NCBI GenBank assembly: GCA_012295275.1
Contig: CM022665.1
Location: forward strand, 46,004,001-46,068,000
Length of the DNA: 64,000 nucleotides
Source of the DNA: Chrysomallon squamiferum
Lineage: Eukaryota; Animalia; Mollusca
Direction of reading: 5' to 3'
Shown here: piece by piece, positions 61,110 to 64,000 of the stretch
How the letters are laid out: each line of letters begins with the position of its first letter
Numbering within the stretch: the stretch's first letter is position 1
Made by a program: the position numbers and the translations under genes
Notes under the pieces: model-generated
What the model was told of the DNA's origin: nothing
Database searches by the model: none
What the model saw: only the letters and a program-made list of their open reading frames with translations

Positions 61110-62914
61110 TAACAATAATAATACCAAATATTCTAGTTTAATACTGTGTTAATTCCCTGTTTACTGTCCATTATTTACTAGGTTTCAAAGATTTACTTCA
61201 TCTACTTCATAATGTGTCATTTTGGAGGGTTTTCCTCAAGAAATTGAAGATTGACTCTTTCACAACACTTTGGTATGAAAGTAAACATTTAATACATAAT
61301 CCATTGAGCAGCTGTACTGCTTAATTCATCTGACAATATTTTCACAAACTCGGCTTAACAAATAAGACTGAAGATGGATGAACTGGACAAAAAAAAAAGA
61401 AAAAAAAAAAAACTAACATTATGCAGAGAAATAGTTGAGGCACATTTGCATAACTGATAGAGGATGATAATCAAATTTTAATTTTAATTTTAATTTTTAA
61501 TTTTTAATTTTTAATTTAATTTTAATTTAATTTATTTATTACACACACACACACACAAACAAACATACATATAAAATAAAACTGTTCTGAAGATTCGAAC
61601 TCACTTTCCTCTGCTCTGTGCTCAGATGTCGAATGACTTCTACATCGTCAGGGTTCTTTGCTTTGTCGTTCTGAAGATTCTTAACAACTGAAGACACTTG
61701 AGTTATACATTTCTTGATGCTTCTCTCTCTGTTATCATAGGTTTTAGCGAGCTGCAATAAACACACATGCAATGTAGACATACAAATATTTTGAACAGAT
61801 TTAATCCCCTTTTAGCTATAAAAACAAAAATAAACTTTTCGTTCATTTAGAAATAATATCATTACAAAAACATAATTATATTCGATTGCTAAAGACGTAA
61901 TCAAGTAATGATCTTAATAGAACATAGCGATGATATCCAGCATGTCAACAATGACCTCATCAATCAGTGGTTATTTTGTTATAATAATAAAATTATTTTA
62001 TCAACCAAAAATAATAAACTATTCAAACCTCTAATAACAACATTTTTATATTTATACTCGTACTGTTGCAGATTTTTATCAACATGTGTTAACATTACAA
62101 AATAAATATGTTACGATGGTCTCCCCAGCACTTGTGAATGGGATGGTGGGAATCAGTGTAACTGGTGCAAGTTAAACAAAGGGATGGTACAGAAAATGTT
62201 CAGAGTACAAGTACTTTGAACAATGTTCAAATTATTTGATTGTCCAAAATACTCCTATAAATAATTGCATTAAATGCATTAATTATTAACAAGTTTATTT
62301 TATTTGGAACTGATTAAAAACAAAGTGTCTGTTTAATTTATTATACAAAATGAAGTTCACTAAACAAATGGGTGGCAGATATTGCTGACGTTGCCGATTA
62401 ATGGTGGGCAAACTCACTGTAAGCTACAAGGGATGCTGACATTATAAACTGATAAAAGTCAAGATAATATTTTTGGAAACTATTATTATACTTTTAAATT
62501 CTACTTATTTGTTTTGAGGATGCAGTCTATAGGTTGTATTTGTTTGTTTGTTTGTTTTAATGCTTGGTTCCTCAGAGTTTGAAATGTTAAATATTTGTAT
62601 GACCTTTCAAATTTGGTCACAGGTGAAGAAATGCCACTTTATTAAATTGTAATAAAATAAGGTATATGACAATGACATGCTGTCTATGCTAAAGGTTCTG
62701 TCATTGTTGTTCATCCATGTTGCTCATGGTCAACAGGTTAAATCTTACCTCCTCATATAAGTGTTTACACGTGCTACTTGGATCCGAATGGCCAGCAAAT
62801 GATTTGGTTGGGAGAGAAACATTGAGAGCATAAATGAGCCTGTCATCTATTAATCTCCATTTCTTTAAGGCATTCTAAATAAAAATAAAAATTAATTCCT
62901 GCAATATATTGGTT

Positions 62915-62958
<44 letters not shown>

Positions 62959-63833
62959 TATAATAATAGTAATGATAATAATAAAGTTAAACAAGTATGA
63001 AAAAGAATGGAGAGGAAAAAGTATCTTTAAAATATATCATTAGAGATAAGGTGATGGTGTGTTTTTTTCAATTATCTGTTGCAAAACATTTAATCTATTT
63101 CAAATAAAAATATTTTTGATGCTGCTATTGAGATGGATATACCAAAATTATGCATAATATGTATTATTAAAAATAACCTAAATTGTAACTAACTGCACAT
63201 TGTTACATAATACAAAAAGTTAAAAGATGTTTTTTGCCAAATGATGCAATCTTTAATATACAACATTTGATTTTTTTTTTACTTTCTAAATTTTGGTAAT
63301 TGTGCTTCAGTATATCTGGAAATATGCCTAAAATGAATATAATATTAACAAAAATAAAATAAAATATAAACAAACATAATATTTTACTATTTACAATGAT
63401 ATACTTTTAATACTATTAATGACAAAATCATTATTCAAAATATATTCTTGAGTTTATAATATTTTGAGTAAACAAAATAAAATATTTTAACGACAATTTA
63501 TCCAACAGTTTTCTCATCCATTTTTCGTATTTACTTACTGTTACCGAAAAATGTTGGTCTCAGCAAAATGTTAAATTTAATATTTTTTACTTCTAAACGT
63601 GATGAACGAATGACCAAATATATTCAAAAGGCTGAGTCTTTCTATAATCCATGCCGTATTTATTTAAGTCCATATTTAGTGCTTTTGCAGTGAAAAACAG
63701 ACAAAATTTAAATAAGTCAGATACTTTAAATTATAGAAATACTAAAATAAACATATTTATATCAAGACACCTGGAATAAAAGGAAATCATCACAAGAAAC
63801 TTGCTCCTGAACGTCCTCTGTGGGCGCAGACAT
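60434..63833 (-). CDS. MIX23: Mitochondrial intermembrane-space protein MIX23 (CCDC58), 5 coding exons, about 150 aa
   Basis: Exons (minus): 63833-63771 (MSAPTEDVQEQVSCDDFLLFQ), 62874-62749 (NALKKWRLIDDRLIYALNVSLPTKSF...CKHLYEE), 61751-61605 (LAKTYDNRERSIKKCI), 60957-60898 (LRLMQSEMNVEEILRDRSFK), 60490-60434 (VFYERCREYY...*); all phase 0, GT-AG. Confidence 0.93.
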
Positions 63834-64000
63834 CTTGGACTTTTCCGTTCTCATTGGAATGTGATATAAAATGAATTTTTATTTTAAAAAACTTTTACAA
63901 AATAATATCAATTTTGAAGTTACTTTATTATGTGTTTATATATTCACGTAACAATAAAAAATAATATTTTACTTCGAAAATAATTCCAGGAAATGAACAT

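Overview
AT-rich, intron-rich animal genomic DNA, probably from an invertebrate such as a mollusc or other lophotrochozoan (inference). It carries five complete spliced protein-coding genes that I could rebuild exon by exon with matching splice phases: a DBHS-family RNA-binding gene (NONO/SFPQ/PSPC1/hrp65-like, minus, 18201-5120) head-to-head with a ZMYM2/3/4/woc-like gene (plus, 19506-39429); ZUP1/ZUFSP (minus, 50694-43576) head-to-head with FAM162 (plus, 51518-57763); and MIX23/CCDC58 (minus, 63833-60434). The most notable observations: (1) an intact THAP-domain exon in ZMYM intron 1 that could splice in frame onto ZMYM exon 2, with two apparently decayed sibling copies (one inverted); (2) a candidate alternative-last-exon switch in the DBHS gene that would remove the NLS, with a 175-nt AG-exclusion zone before the NLS exon; (3) gene neighbourhoods that match several human paralogous loci; (4) a TIR-bounded transposon relic in ZMYM intron 8; (5) several tandem duplications of splice sites. 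All alignments were done by eye; no database searches were run.
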